Below, piece after piece: positions 1 through 10,793 of a stretch of DNA of 64,000 nucleotides. Made by a program: the position numbers and the translations under genes. The stretch covers positions 350-64,349 of the forward strand of contig JAFIHI010000091.1 in the NCBI GenBank assembly GCA_017848755.1, given 5' to 3'. Position 1 is the stretch's first letter. The number at the start of each line of letters is the position of its first letter. The DNA is from Nakamurella sp. Lineage in GTDB: Bacteria; Actinomycetota; Actinomycetes; Mycobacteriales; Nakamurellaceae. The notes under the pieces were generated by a model. It saw only the letters and a program-made list of their open reading frames with translations, made no database searches and was not told the origin of the DNA.

Positions 1-30
1 CGCAAGCTCGGGCCGGGGCTCATTCGCATA

Positions 31-400
31 GTGGAGGTGGCGGGAATCGAACCCGCGTCCAACGGTGCTTGGTGAAGCCTTCTCCGGGTGCAGTCCGCCT
101 CGCCTCTACTCGGCCCCGCCGATCTTGCGAACAAGTCGGTGTGACAGGCCCAGCCACTGTGAATGTCCCGACGAACCCCGTGGCCGGGATCGGCGGTGAT
201 CCTCCTGATCGACGCCAGGGTCCGGGGCGGAGGAATCCCGGTCTGACGGACTTTCACGCTCGCTCAGGCGGCGAGGGCGAAGTCAGTGCGCTGAGAATTG
301 GCACTTGAATTTTTCGCGACCCATGGTTAACGAGATCATTGCCGCGTTCCTCGACCCGCTTCTCCTCACTCGACAGCCGCTGTCGAGACCAATCACCCCC
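31..400 (-). ncRNA. ssrA: tmRNA (transfer-messenger RNA)
   Basis: Minus strand starts GGGGGTGATTGGTCTCGAC (400) and ends GGGTTCGATTCCCGCCACCTCCAC (31). The acceptor stem GGGGGTG/CACCTCC has the G3:U70 alanyl determinant and an A discriminator. CCA is not fully encoded. smpB is adjacent. Confidence 0.96.
264..302 (-). other. tmRNA proteolysis tag reading frame ANSQRTDFALAA*
   Basis: GCC AAT TCT CAG CGC ACT GAC TTC GCC CTC GCC GCC TGA on the minus strand, with a typical actinobacterial FALAA end. Confidence 0.9.
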
Positions 401-483
401 GTGTCGTTATTGTCTCTCCGTACAACACCATCCATCGTACGGAACATTCCCCGGCCGCACCAGCCGTCGACTTGACTCTATTC

Positions 484-726
484 GTGAGCCGCTACCTGCT
501 CGACGCCCACGCCTGGCTCTAGGCCCAAGCGGACCGCATGCAACGATCGCGCACCACGGCCTGAGGGATCGAGCATGCGCACACCCTGCGCGTCGCCGAG
601 CTGCCCAATCACCACCGCGATCCGTTCGATCGCATGATCATCGCGCAGGCGCAGATCCTGGACATCCCGATCATCACCGCCGACGCCAGGGTCCACGACT
701 GTGACGCCACGGTGATCACCGCGTAG
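484..726 (+). pseudogene. vapC: Decayed PIN-domain (VapC-like) toxin
   Basis: One frame reads MSRYLLDAHAWL*...*GIEHAHTLRVAELPNHHRDPFDRMIIAQAQILDIPIITAD. The LLD and HHRDPFDR PIN motifs are present, with in-frame stops at 520-522 and 562-564. The frame is only ~80 codons. Confidence 0.8.
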
Positions 727-777
727 GCGCGAACAGCGTCATATGCGATTCGGCACACCCCGGGGCGGCCGCAGCAA

Positions 778-1278
778 TTACTCCACACGCCCCTTGGCCC
801 GCCGGCCGAGATACCGCGAGACCTCGCGCTCCGAGTCCCGCTTCGCGATCGCCTGCCGCTTATCGTAGAGCTTCTTGCCGCGGCCGAGCCCGAGCTCCAC
901 CTTCACCCGCCCGTCGACGAAGTACAGGGACAGCGGCACCATCGTGTAGCCGCCCTCGCGGATCTTCGCCCCCCACTTCTCAATCTGCGCCCGATGCAGC
1001 AAGAGCTTGCGCGCGCGCCGCGGGGCGTGGTTGGTCCAGGTGCCCTGCACATACTCGGCAATGTGGACGTTGCGCAACCACACCTCGTCATCGGAGATGG
1101 TGGCGAAGCCGTCGATCAGGTTCGCGTGCCGGTCGCGCAGCGACTTGACCTCGGTACCGGTGAGCGAGATCCCGGCCTCGAGCGTATCCACGATCTCGTA
1201 ATCGTGGCGCGCCTTGCGGTTCGAGACGATCAGTGTGCGGCCTGCTGTGCGATCGGGTTTCGCGGACTTGTTCGACAT
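778..1278 (-). CDS. smpB: SsrA-binding protein
   Basis: [10 protein letters not shown]...[15 protein letters not shown]...[10 protein letters not shown]...[11 protein letters not shown]; next to tmRNA. Confidence 0.98.
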   Translation of the reverse strand: MSNKSAKPDRTAGRTLIVSNRKARHDYEIVDTLEAGISLTGTEVKSLRDRHANLIDGFATISDDEVWLRNVHIAEYVQGTWTNHAPRRARKLLLHRAQIEKWGAKIREGGYTMVPLSLYFVDGRVKVELGLGRGKKLYDKRQAIAKRDSEREVSRYLGRRAKGRVE

Positions 1279-1353
1279 GGCAGGAGCCAGCGTAGCCGAG
1301 GGCCTAACAGCGAGTATGACGACGTTCGCGGCCTGCGCCGGATGGCGCCGCGG

Positions 1354-2241
1354 TTACAGCCGCACGTACAGGCGCAATGTCACATACGACGCGAGCCCGG
1401 CGAGTCCGACGGCGATCCCGCCGAGCCAGGGCGAGACCCATACCAGCGCCGTGCCGTCGATCGGCGGCAGGATGCCGGCATTCATGATTGAGCCGAGCGT
1501 CTTGTCCACGAACAAGTACTTCATGGCGACGAGCCCGCCGATCGCCAGGATCGCGCCGGTGACGGCCGCCACCACCGCCTCGAGGATGAACGGCATCTGC
1601 GTGCGCCATCGTGAGGCGCCGACGAGCCGCATGATCGACGTCTCGGTACGTCTGGTGTAGGCGGCGACTTGAACGGTGTTCGCGATCAGCAGGAACGCGG
1701 CGAGCGCCTGCACCAGCGCGACGATGATGGTCGCGTTGCGAATCCCGTTGAGCAGGTTGAAGAGTCGGTCGAGCGTCTGCGATTGGTCGGTCACCTGCTC
1801 GACGCCGGGGAAGGTCTCGTACCGCGCCTGGATCACCTTGTACTTCTGCGGATCCTTGAGCTTGACGTGCCACGAGGAGTTGAGGTCGGACGGCTTGGCG
1901 ATCTGCAACATCTCTGGCTGCCCGGCGAACATCTGCTGGTACTGCTGCCACGCGGCCGACTGGCTCTGGTACGTCACGCGATCGACGTCCGAATCCTTGT
2001 TCAGCGCATCGCCGAGCGCCTGGCACGTCTTCGCCTGGCAGTTCGGATCCTGGGACGAGACGTCCTTTGTGAGGTAGATGGTGACTTCGACCTTGTCACC
2101 GTAGATCTGGCGCATTTGGTCCGTCATGCGCGCGACGATCAGCCCGGCGCCGAGCAGGCACAACGAGATCGCGGTGGTCAGGATCATGGCGATCGTCATA
2201 GTGACGTTCCGGCGCAAACCCCGCAGTACGTCGGCAAACAT
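1354..2241 (-). CDS. ftsX: Cell division permease-like protein FtsX
   Basis: GLRRNVTMTIAMILT N-terminus, IANTVQVAAYTRRTETSIMRLVGASRW; downstream of ftsE. Confidence 0.95.
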   Translation of the reverse strand: MFADVLRGLRRNVTMTIAMILTTAISLCLLGAGLIVARMTDQMRQIYGDKVEVTIYLTKDVSSQDPNCQAKTCQALGDALNKDSDVDRVTYQSQSAAWQQYQQMFAGQPEMLQIAKPSDLNSSWHVKLKDPQKYKVIQARYETFPGVEQVTDQSQTLDRLFNLLNGIRNATIIVALVQALAAFLLIANTVQVAAYTRRTETSIMRLVGASRWRTQMPFILEAVVAAVTGAILAIGGLVAMKYLFVDKTLGSIMNAGILPPIDGTALVWVSPWLGGIAVGLAGLASYVTLRLYVRL

Positions 2242-2313
2242 TCGTGACGGCTCTTCTCGCAGTTCGGTGGGCAGGTGGTCGGCGATCGCTGGCGGTGTCG
2301 CTGCGCCGGGCGG

Positions 2314-3003
2314 CTAACGCCCGACTCCGTAGACGCCGCGAGCTTCGTCGCGGACCAGCTTGCCCAGGTGCAGTTCGATCACACGGCGGCGCATCGCGTC
2401 GACGATCGTGTTGTCGTGGGTGGACATGAGCACCGTGGTACCCGTCCGGTTGATGCGCTCCAGGAGCAACATGATCTCGCCCGAGGTGTCCGGATCGAGG
2501 TTTCCGGTGGGCTCGTCCGCCAGCAGCAGCAGGGGCCTGTTCGCGAACGCCCGCGCGATCGCGACCCGCTGCTGCTCGCCGCCGGAGAGTTCTCGCGGCA
2601 TCCGGTTCGCCTTGCCGTCGAGGCCGACCAGTTCCAGTACCTCTGGTACGACGCGGCGGATATGCGCGCGGGCCTTGCCCGTCACCTCGAGGGCGAACCC
2701 GACGTTCTGCGCGACGGTCTTGTTGTTCAGCAGCCGGAAGTCCTGGAAGACGCAGCCCAGCCGGCGCCGGTGCCAGGCAACCTTGCTGCGGCGCAACTTG
2801 GTCAGGTTCTTGCCGGCAACCTCGATGGTGCCGGAAGTGGCGATCTCCTCCCGCAACAGCAGCCGCATGAAGGTCGTCTTGCCCGATCCGGACGGGCCGA
2901 TGATGAACGCGAACTCGCCCTTCTCCACGTCCAGGTTGATGTCTGACAGCGCCGGCCTCGTCGACGCCTTGTACTGCTTGGAAACATGGGACAGGTGAAT
3001 CAC
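2314..3003 (-). CDS. ftsE: Cell division ATP-binding protein FtsE
   Basis: Walker [42 protein letters not shown]. Confidence 0.96.
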   Translation of the reverse strand: MIHLSHVSKQYKASTRPALSDINLDVEKGEFAFIIGPSGSGKTTFMRLLLREEIATSGTIEVAGKNLTKLRRSKVAWHRRRLGCVFQDFRLLNNKTVAQNVGFALEVTGKARAHIRRVVPEVLELVGLDGKANRMPRELSGGEQQRVAIARAFANRPLLLLADEPTGNLDPDTSGEIMLLLERINRTGTTVLMSTHDNTIVDAMRRRVIELHLGKLVRDEARGVYGVGR

Positions 3004-3085
3004 AAGAGGTAACTGTACCGGCCCGGAGCGTTATCTCGGCGTTATTCAGGCCGGTGAGGCGGGTGGTGCCTCTCTCAATTCGCCG

Positions 3086-3898
3086 TCAGTTCGCGGCGAG
3101 TTGGGCGCAGACGTCCGCATGTAATCGCCCATTGGTGGCCAGAGCGGACGTTGTGCCCGCGTCGATCGGCGAACCGTCGATCGTGGTGAACTCTCCGCCT
3201 GCGGCGATGACGATGGGTCCGAGTGCAGCCAGATCCCACAGCGAAAGCTCCGGTTCGGCGGCCACGTCGACGGCGCCCTCCGCGACGAGCATGTACGAGA
3301 AGAAGTCGCCGTAGCCGCGGGTGCGCCAGCAGGCACGTGCCAACCGGTGCATCTGTTCGCCGCGGTTTGCGTCTTCCCACTCGCCGAGGTCGGAGAGCGA
3401 CAGCGACGCGTGAGCCAGGTCGGCGACGCCGGAGACGTGGCAGTCCCGGACCGGCCCCCCGGCGAAGGCCGTGTGGGCGCCGGATCCCGGTGCCCCCCAC
3501 CAGCGGCGGACGAGCGCCGGCGCGGACACGACGCCGAGGGTCGGCGTGCCGTCGACCAGCAGGGCGATGAGGGTGGCCCAGATCGGTACCCCGCGGACGA
3601 AGTTCTTGGTCCCGTCGATGGGATCGATGACCCACGCGCGCCCAGCCGCCGCGCGCTCGGCCGGCGGCGTGTCTCCCCCGAACTCCTCCCCGACGACGAC
3701 GTCAGCAGGGCGCCGAGCCTCCAGGACCTCCCGCAGCGCCCGCTCGACTGCGAGGTCCGCGTCCGAGACGGGCGTCATGTCCGGCTTGGTGTCGACGTGC
3801 AGGTCCGCCGCATGGAACCGAGGCAGGCTGATCGCGTCAGCGGTGTCGGCCAGCGCGAGCGCGAGCGAAAGATCGTCTGCGGCGGCGAATGTCGTCAT
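3086..3898 (-). CDS. hisN: Histidinol-phosphatase (inositol monophosphatase family)
   Basis: [53 protein letters not shown]. Start set at ATG 3898; the ORF-track extension is the tadA antisense shadow. Confidence 0.9.
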   Translation of the reverse strand: MTTFAAADDLSLALALADTADAISLPRFHAADLHVDTKPDMTPVSDADLAVERALREVLEARRPADVVVGEEFGGDTPPAERAAAGRAWVIDPIDGTKNFVRGVPIWATLIALLVDGTPTLGVVSAPALVRRWWGAPGSGAHTAFAGGPVRDCHVSGVADLAHASLSLSDLGEWEDANRGEQMHRLARACWRTRGYGDFFSYMLVAEGAVDVAAEPELSLWDLAALGPIVIAAGGEFTTIDGSPIDAGTTSALATNGRLHADVCAQLAAN

Positions 3899-3925
3899 AC
3901 CCGATGACACTACCGCCCGCGCAAC

Positions 3926-3935
3926 TGTGGATAAC
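3926..3935. promoter_or_regulatory. TGTGGATAAC box (contains a perfect DnaA-box TTATCCACA) upstream of tadA
   Basis: Exact sequence in the hisN-tadA intergenic region; identical copies at 11011 and 33501. Confidence 0.55.
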
Positions 3936-4003
3936 CCGGACGAGTCGGGCGCGAATGCGTTAGCGTCTGCTAACCCGTCCGGAGCAGACCATGGGAGCCG
4001 ACG

Positions 4004-5227
4004 TTGCCGACCGCGACCCAGCACATCCATGACGAGGTTCGCGAGCTGGTGCGCCGGCGCGGCCTCGACCCGCTCAAGGATCCGCGCGGCACGCGCCTGC
4101 TGATCGACGAGGTCATCGGCCACTACGAGGAACGGGTGGCGACCTCGGCGCTGCCGCCGCTGCTCGACCGGGGCGACGCCGCGCGGTACGTGTTCGACCA
4201 GGTCGCAGGCTTCGGCCAACTGCAGCAATTCCTGGACGATCCCGGCGTCGAGGAGCTGTGGGTGAACGAGCCCGGGCGGGTCTTCGTGGCCCGCGGCGGG
4301 CGATCCGAGCTCACCACGGTGGTGCTGGGCGCCGATGAGATCCGTGATCTGGTTGAGCGAATGCTCAAACCGTCCGGGCGCCGCCTCGACCTGTCCAGCC
4401 CCTTCGTCGACGCCTTGCTTCCGGACGGTTCGCGGCTGCACGCGGTGATTCCCGACATCACTCGCGAACACCTATCGCTGAACGTGCGGAAGTTCGTGGT
4501 CGCGGCGAATTCGCTCGACGATCTCGTCGCCCGCGCGACGCTCCCCGCCCGCGCCGCACGCTTCCTGGAGGCGTCCGTCGCAGCCGGCCTGAACATCATC
4601 GTCTCGGGCGGCACGCAGGCGGGGAAAACCACCATGCTCGGCACGCTGGTGAACTCCATCCCGCCGCAGGAACGGGTGGTCACCTGCGAGGAAGTCTTCG
4701 AGCTGCGGCCGAACCTTCCCGACGTGGTCGCGATGCAGACGCGGCAGCCGAACCTGGAGGGGCACGGTGAGATCCGGCTGCGCCGGCTGGTGAAAGAAGC
4801 GCTGCGCATGCGGCCGTCGCGGATCATCGTGGGCGAGGTCCGGCAGGAGGAATCGCTCGACCTGCTGATTGCGTTGAACAGCGGGCTACCAGGGATGTGC
4901 TCGGTACACGCGAACTCCGCGCGCGAGGCCGTCACCAAGCTGTGCACGCTGCCGCTGCTGGCCGGGGAGAACGTGACGGCGCAGTTCGTCGTGCCGACCG
5001 TCGCGGCGTCGGTGGACCTGATCGTGCAGATGGGCCTGGAGGCCGACGGAACACGGCGCGTCCGCGAGATCGTGGCCGTTCCCGGACGGGTAGAGGGCGG
5101 CGTCGTGGAAACGGCCGACATCTTCACCACCAGCGACGGCGCGCTACTTCGGGCGGAAGGATTCCCGCCGCACGCCGACCGGTTCGCCCGCTGCGGGCAC
5201 CATTTGCCGGACCTGCTGAGCACGTAA
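4004..5227 (+). CDS. tadA: Tad pilus assembly ATPase CpaF/TadA
   Basis: [12 protein letters not shown], Walker [41 protein letters not shown]. Confidence 0.93.
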   Translation: MPTATQHIHDEVRELVRRRGLDPLKDPRGTRLLIDEVIGHYEERVATSALPPLLDRGDAARYVFDQVAGFGQLQQFLDDPGVEELWVNEPGRVFVARGGRSELTTVVLGADEIRDLVERMLKPSGRRLDLSSPFVDALLPDGSRLHAVIPDITREHLSLNVRKFVVAANSLDDLVARATLPARAARFLEASVAAGLNIIVSGGTQAGKTTMLGTLVNSIPPQERVVTCEEVFELRPNLPDVVAMQTRQPNLEGHGEIRLRRLVKEALRMRPSRIIVGEVRQEESLDLLIALNSGLPGMCSVHANSAREAVTKLCTLPLLAGENVTAQFVVPTVAASVDLIVQMGLEADGTRRVREIVAVPGRVEGGVVETADIFTTSDGALLRAEGFPPHADRFARCGHHLPDLLST

Positions 5228-5410
5228 TGCCGCCGATCACTCCGGCTCGCGATCATCAGCGACAACACCGTTCTGCCCCCTACGCCTCGATTTCCGCGCT
5301 TTGCAAGGTCTTGCGCGAACATTGATTCACCCGTTTGTGCGGCAGAGCGGTGTTATCCCCGGAGGGCGTTAGCGCGTCATATACGTAGGGAAAGTAGCGA
5401 ACGGGGCGGG

Positions 5411-5974
5411 GTGGGATGCGTGGAGGGTGTTGTCAGCGAGCAGCGTGTATCGGCGAGAGCTTATGAGCCTGACGTGAGCGATGCCCGCGCCGCCGCGCAG
5501 GAGTTGTTCGCGTCCTCATATGTCAGCCTGGTGCGGCTCGCGGCGGCGACGCTGCGGGACCGGTCGTGGGCAGAAGATGTCGTGCAAGAGTCATTCGCCC
5601 ACGTACAGACGAAGCTCAATCAGCTGCGTGATCCGGACAGCGCACTTGCATACATGCGCAAGTCGGTGCTCAACCGCGCACGGTCCGAGTTGCGTCGCCA
5701 CCACAGCAGGTCGACTGGCGCGGTCGGCGACGGGCAAACGGGGGCCGTACTCGACGCCGAACATGAGGCGATGGCACGGCTTCGGCATTCCGAGCTGCTC
5801 GACCTGATCCACACTCTGCCGAAGCGGCAACGCGACATCGTTCTGCTTCGGTTCGTGCACCAACTCTCGCTCGACGAAGCCGCTTCGACACTGCGGATCA
5901 CAGTCGGCGCCGTCAAGGCATCCCAACATCGTGCGCTGGCGAAGCTCAAGCAACGCTTGGAAGGGCACATCTAA
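5411..5974 (+). CDS. ECF RNA polymerase sigma factor (SigE-like family)
   Basis: AEDVVQESF, AYMRKSVLNRARSELRR, LPKRQRDIVLLRF, GAVKASQHRALAKL. Start uncertain. Confidence 0.88.
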   Translation: MGCVEGVVSEQRVSARAYEPDVSDARAAAQELFASSYVSLVRLAAATLRDRSWAEDVVQESFAHVQTKLNQLRDPDSALAYMRKSVLNRARSELRRHHSRSTGAVGDGQTGAVLDAEHEAMARLRHSELLDLIHTLPKRQRDIVLLRFVHQLSLDEAASTLRITVGAVKASQHRALAKLKQRLEGHI

Positions 5975-6744
5975 TGGACGAATTCGAACGACGCGTCAGA
6001 GACGCGCTGAATGCCGACCTGCAATGCATCAATGCGCACACCGTTCGCAGGAGGTCGCTTCCGACAGCAGCATCGACGCCCCACCACCATCGCATCATGC
6101 CTATGGTCGCAACGGTTGCTGCCGTGGCCGTGGTGGCACTGGTCATGGGGATAATCGGCACACACAGTGCTGGCCGAGACATCTATGCGGCCGGCGGCGG
6201 TACGACGGCTCCATCCCCGTCCATTCGCCCAGGTCTCATCGAGGTGCAAGGCGCGGCGATATCGATTCCAGGCGGATGGCATGCCGAAGACGTCAGTAGT
6301 GTCGATGTCGACATCACAAATGCGTTCGGATACTGCCTGCTGCGAACCAACCACGAGATCCTTCCCACAGGATGCCTCGCCAGCGAGGGCATTTTAATCC
6401 GCTTGGCTCGGGTCAGGTCCGGTCAAGCGGTGGTCCCAGTGCAGGGCAGTTTCCAGTCAGACTGCACAGGCGCACCAACAGTGCCGACCCTGCACCAGCG
6501 GCCAGGCTCAATCGGCAACGAGCCTGCCACGATGGTCACCATCACTTGTGGAGACGACATCGGCGCAAGTAGTACCTACTGGGCCGTCTCCGACAGAACC
6601 GTCACCGTCCAATCGCCCTTCGATGGCGAACGAAGCCTCCCGATAGCCACATACGTCGCCGAGCACATCGAGTTGACGCAATGGAGCCATGTAATTCAGC
6701 CGCCAACGCCCGGCCGAACCCTATCGCCCACAACGGCAGGGTAA
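5974..6744 (+). CDS. Putative single-pass membrane anti-sigma partner
   Basis: TAATG overlap with the sigma gene. Short cytoplasmic N-terminus (DEFERRVRDAL), TM helix VATVAAVAVVALVMGIIG, Cys-containing extracellular part. Confidence 0.6.
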   Translation: MDEFERRVRDALNADLQCINAHTVRRRSLPTAASTPHHHRIMPMVATVAAVAVVALVMGIIGTHSAGRDIYAAGGGTTAPSPSIRPGLIEVQGAAISIPGGWHAEDVSSVDVDITNAFGYCLLRTNHEILPTGCLASEGILIRLARVRSGQAVVPVQGSFQSDCTGAPTVPTLHQRPGSIGNEPATMVTITCGDDIGASSTYWAVSDRTVTVQSPFDGERSLPIATYVAEHIELTQWSHVIQPPTPGRTLSPTTAG

Positions 6745-6904
6745 TCACGCTGCATACCCGCAAGTGCGCGCCGACGTGTCGATCCATGGCGACGGCACTC
6801 GCGACACCGTCCTACACCAACAATGTGGACCTGTGTCGCGAACTTCCGTCAGCGAAACCAGCTATAACGGAACTCAAAACCATTCTCCAGAAAGGAGCTA
6901 CTCT

Positions 6905-7465
6905 ATGAAGAAGCTGCTAGGTATCGTCGCTGCGACGCTGCTGGGCATTGCGATGTTCGCATTGCCGGCCAGTGCCGCACCGGAAACTGCCTTCTGCGTT
7001 CTTCCTAACGGTGGCCAAATGAGCTGCTATAGCACGCAGGCCGAGATGCTCAGGGTCGCATCAGGAGGCCGAATAAATCTTTCTGACAAGGCGACGGCGT
7101 TAGAAGTCGACGCTGCGATCGAACGATCCAATGCCGCAGCCAGCAAGCTCGCCGCTCCAACAGCTACAGTGATCCAAGCGAATCTGTGGACCGGTCAATC
7201 TAAGACTGGAAACCAGCTGACCTTGACCGCATCGGCACTGTGTACGAACGGTGGCGCTGGACCCTGGACATATTTTAATACTCCGTGGGCGAATAACATC
7301 GAATCGACCCAACTATACGCTGGCTGCTACGGCAGGGGCTACCACGACCCGAACCTTTCACCGCTAGGAGCATCGTACGGTTTCGGCTATGAAGTCTACG
7401 CCTCAACGCTTGGCGGCTTCAACAACCAGATGAACTCATTCAAGTCCTGCGCGGCGAGCTGTTAA
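6905..7465 (+). CDS. Secreted Cys-rich protein, possibly beta/gamma-crystallin-like
   Basis: RBS AAAGGAG; signal peptide MKKLLGIVAATLLGIAMFALPASA; six Cys; WANNIES and FNNQMNSF segments resemble crystallin-like repeats (inference). Confidence 0.7.
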   Translation: MKKLLGIVAATLLGIAMFALPASAAPETAFCVLPNGGQMSCYSTQAEMLRVASGGRINLSDKATALEVDAAIERSNAAASKLAAPTATVIQANLWTGQSKTGNQLTLTASALCTNGGAGPWTYFNTPWANNIESTQLYAGCYGRGYHDPNLSPLGASYGFGYEVYASTLGGFNNQMNSFKSCAASC

Positions 7466-7522
7466 TCGCCAATATGGGTTGACCACCGGATGACTGATCG
7501 ATCCCTCGGGCAACTGTTCTGT

Positions 7523-7567
7523 CGTGGTGCGGCCAGAGTAGCGAATAATCACTCTGGCCGCGCCGCG
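7523..7567 (+). terminator. Hairpin, probable terminator
   Basis: GCGGCCAGAGT (7529-7539) pairs with ACTCTGGCCGC (7551-7561) and can be extended with G-U pairs; ~60 nt after the secreted-protein stop. Confidence 0.55.
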
Positions 7568-7802
7568 GCAGGTATTTATCGGCGTGCAGGAGGATCAACC
7601 AGATGCGCCATCATGGCCTAGAGCCGATGTGCTAAATCATTCCCTCATGATTCGAACAACTCGGAGCGAGCCGGAACAGCCTCGAGGTAAACCGTTCTTA
7701 GCAAAGGCCCGTCCTTGAACTCTATGACCTCGTCAGCGCGCGATCGATGGCCTTGATCAGACACTAGTACCAACGGCCGAGAATATTAGGTGGAAATATT
7801 AG

Positions 7803-9023
7803 GTGAGCCTTCGCGAATTCACTCGGCCCCCGACTACCCATCACGGCAAGTCACGCGAGTCAACTCGTCTCGATGACAGTTGCTCAGACTGTCATCAGGC
7901 TGATATCTTGCCCAGAGCGGTCGCCCCGACCGTGTTTCTCGCGGGGCAAATAATCACATTAGGAATGCTCGCGTGGCTCAGCCAAGCCCGCGGCTACTCG
8001 CTGCTCAGTCGGTTAACAACGTGGGATGCTCAGCACTTTCTCAGCATCGCCATCGACGGCTACACATGGTCGACGCACGCAGGTACCGCCACGTCTCCGG
8101 CGTTCCTCCCCGGCTACCCGTCGCTGATCGCCGGACTGCATGCGGTGACCGGCCTGTGGCCCCCGGCTGCGGCCATCCTCGTGTCTGTCACCTGTGGCGT
8201 GATCTTTGCTTGTGCAATACCCCACATCGTCCGTGCCATTCCAGGCACGGACGGGCGTGCGGAGCTGGTCACGGTTGCGCTGGTCGCCGTTTCGCCGATG
8301 AGTGTCGTTCTGACCATGGCCTACAGCGAAGCGCTCTTTTGCGCGCTGGCCAGCTGGGCCCTGGTGTTCGCACTCCGACATAGGTGGTGGACCGCCGGAA
8401 CAATTGGGTTTTTCGCCGGTACGGTGCGCATATCTGGCCTTGCTATCGCCTTCGCGTTTGCCGTGGTGGCGATCACCACCCTAATACGGGAGCGCCGTCA
8501 GCTGCGATCCACAGCAGTATGTGCGGCCATTCCTCAGATGGTGGCGGCGACCGTTGCCGCTAGCGGGACGATTGGATGGGTTCTGTACTCGGGGTTGCGA
8601 ATGGGGTCGCTGACGGGCTGGTTCGCCGCACAGAACAAGGGTTGGGGTAGCCATTTCGATTTCGGCGTAACTACCACCAAATTTGTCTATCGGATCGCGA
8701 CTACTAGGCCCAACGTGCTCGAGGTTACCACCGCAGTCATCCTGATTGCGGCCTGCGTCCTAGTGATTGGCACAATCCGGCAAGGACAACCTATACTGTT
8801 GCTTGCTTACGGTGCTGCAGCAGTTGCCGAGGTAGTCGGAAGCGCAGGAATAATGAATTCTAAGATCCGGCTGCTCATTCCGGCCTTCACCATTCTGATG
8901 CCGACCGCCGCATGGCTCTCTCGACGTCAACAAGTCACACAAATCTTCACTCTGGCCACTTTCACCTTTGCATCGACCTGGCTCGGCGGATACGCATTAA
9001 CCATTTGGAAATACGCGATCTAG
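7803..9023 (+). CDS. Polytopic membrane mannosyltransferase (GT-C, PIG-V-like)
   Basis: TWDAQHFLSIAIDGY, AFLPGYPSL, MAYSEALFCALA, many TM helices. True start probably ~100 nt downstream. Confidence 0.75.
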   Translation: MSLREFTRPPTTHHGKSRESTRLDDSCSDCHQADILPRAVAPTVFLAGQIITLGMLAWLSQARGYSLLSRLTTWDAQHFLSIAIDGYTWSTHAGTATSPAFLPGYPSLIAGLHAVTGLWPPAAAILVSVTCGVIFACAIPHIVRAIPGTDGRAELVTVALVAVSPMSVVLTMAYSEALFCALASWALVFALRHRWWTAGTIGFFAGTVRISGLAIAFAFAVVAITTLIRERRQLRSTAVCAAIPQMVAATVAASGTIGWVLYSGLRMGSLTGWFAAQNKGWGSHFDFGVTTTKFVYRIATTRPNVLEVTTAVILIAACVLVIGTIRQGQPILLLAYGAAAVAEVVGSAGIMNSKIRLLIPAFTILMPTAAWLSRRQQVTQIFTLATFTFASTWLGGYALTIWKYAI

Positions 9024-9329
9024 AGCCACCGGCACTTGTGGATGAATGACGTGCTGTCCGTCAGTCGCGCAGTCCGCGCCGACGCCGTACTCACGGTGGT
9101 GGGGCATCAACGGCGTCCATCTCGCCGACACACCTGCAATGGTCCATTTCGGGGCAACCTCGGCGAACGCGAGCATCGTCGCTCCATTGCAGATGAGCGC
9201 AACTGTTACGTCACGACTGCTCAGGTGGAAACCTTTGGAGCAGTCGTGCGCAGCGCGCAGGCTCGCCGCGACTCCTTGGTCAAATCAACGATCAAAGCAC
9301 GTTGCCGATGGCCGGGCTGCTCGGCTGAG

Positions 9330-10793
9330 TTACTCGGCAGCGTTACTCGGTTGGGTGTGCGCGAGCGCCGCTTCCTTGATCCGGTAATGCCTGTTGCGTG
9401 CGCCCAAGATCGCGGCCGCCAGCGCGGCCGCGATCAGTGATCCGGCGGCGACACCGATCTGGACGTCGGCCGCACGCGCGGCATCGCCGCCGAACGCCAG
9501 ATGCCCGATGAGCAGCGACACCGTGAATCCCACCCCGCCCAACACTGCGAGCCCGGCGAGGTCGGGCCACGCCAGCCAGCGCAGCAACGGTGACCGGACG
9601 AGCCGGGCGGTGATGATGGTCGCGGCGAAGATACCGACGGCCTTGCCGACGACGAGTCCCGCGACAATGCCGACGGTGATGCGGTTCTCGAACGCCGAGC
9701 GAAGTCCGCCGAGTCCGCCGATCGTGACGCCGGCGGCGAAGAACGCGAACAGGGGCACCGCGAAGCCCGCGGATACCGGGCGAAGCGCCCGGTCGAGCCG
9801 GTCGGCGATCGCAGGCGCCTGCCGGCGCGGCGCGCCGCGAACAGCGTCATACCCGGCAGTGACCGGGCTGCTCCCGTCACCGCTATGCCCATCAGCGGGG
9901 TTCTTATCGGCCGCGCGCCCTCGGCTGGTGCGTCGGGGACTGCGCACCGGCACCGTGAACCCCATCAGCACTCCGGCGACGGTGGCGTGCACCCCGGACC
10001 CGTGCATCGCGGCCCAGGCGACAAGCGCGAGGAGTGGCAGCACAACCCACCCCGTCACCCCAACGCTGCGACCCCTGCGTCCGCGAATCTGCATCAGCGC
10101 TCCGAATGCTGCGATCGCGGCGAGCGCGAGGCCGAACAGCGCCAGGTCCACGTGGTCCGTGTAGAAGAGCGCGATGATGATGATGGCGAGCAGGTCGTCG
10201 ACGACGGCGAGGGTCAGCAGGAAGGTGCGCAGGGCCGACGGGAGGTGCCGCCCGACGACGGCGAGAACCGCGAGCGCGAAAGCGATGTCGGTGGCGGTCG
10301 GGATGGCCCAGCCGACGTGCGCGCCCTTCTCGCCGATCGTGACGACGATGTAGACGACGGCCGGCACCGCCATGCCGCCGACCGCCGCCGCCACCGGCAC
10401 CGCAGCGCGCCGGGCGTCGCGCAATTCGCCCACCACGAATTCCCGTTTGAGTTCCAGGCCCGCCAGGAAGAAGAAGAGCGACAGCAGACCGTCCGCAGTC
10501 CATGAGCCGATGGACAAGTGCAGGCCGAGCGACGCCGGCCCGATCCGCCAGTCGCGCGCTGCGGTGTAGGCGCCGGCGAGCGGCGAGTTCGCCATCATCA
10601 GCGCTACCACGGCGGCGATCACCAGCAGGGCGCCGCCGACAGTCTCGGTGCGCAGTAGCGCCGCGAGGTGCCGGCGTTCGCGGCGGCGTTCACGGCGTTC
10701 ACTGCGGGGGCGTGTGCGGTAGTGGCGGAGGGGCCGGAACTGCGACGCGCGCCCACGGGGCGTTCGCGCAGCGGCGTCGGTGGTGTGTGGCAC
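9330..10793 (-). CDS. nhaA: Na+/H+ antiporter NhaA
   Basis: ETVGGALL, ADGLLSLFFFLAGLELKRE, GWAIPTATDIAFAL, LAVVDDL, SGVHATVAGV, LGGVGFTVSL. Start approximate (GTG 10793). Confidence 0.93.
   Translation of the reverse strand: MPHTTDAAARTPRGRASQFRPLRHYRTRPRSERRERRRERRHLAALLRTETVGGALLVIAAVVALMMANSPLAGAYTAARDWRIGPASLGLHLSIGSWTADGLLSLFFFLAGLELKREFVVGELRDARRAAVPVAAAVGGMAVPAVVYIVVTIGEKGAHVGWAIPTATDIAFALAVLAVVGRHLPSALRTFLLTLAVVDDLLAIIIIALFYTDHVDLALFGLALAAIAAFGALMQIRGRRGRSVGVTGWVVLPLLALVAWAAMHGSGVHATVAGVLMGFTVPVRSPRRTSRGRAADKNPADGHSGDGSSPVTAGYDAVRGAPRRQAPAIADRLDRALRPVSAGFAVPLFAFFAAGVTIGGLGGLRSAFENRITVGIVAGLVVGKAVGIFAATIITARLVRSPLLRWLAWPDLAGLAVLGGVGFTVSLLIGHLAFGGDAARAADVQIGVAAGSLIAAALAAAILGARNRHYRIKEAALAHTQPSNAAE

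Noticed and set aside
1-30. Prophage or island integrated at the tmRNA 3' end
   Set aside because: Only 30 nt lie downstream in this window, and no second att copy of the tmRNA 3' end occurs here.
69-308. 79-aa ORF on the + strand
   Set aside because: Antisense to tmRNA; no protein features.
3899-4471. N-terminal extension of the 461-aa ORF
   Set aside because: Antisense shadow of tadA; HisN homology starts at 3898.
9024-9329. Possible transposase remnant at the island's inner junction
   Set aside because: Translations of the frames examined gave no recognisable motif, and no terminal repeats were seen.
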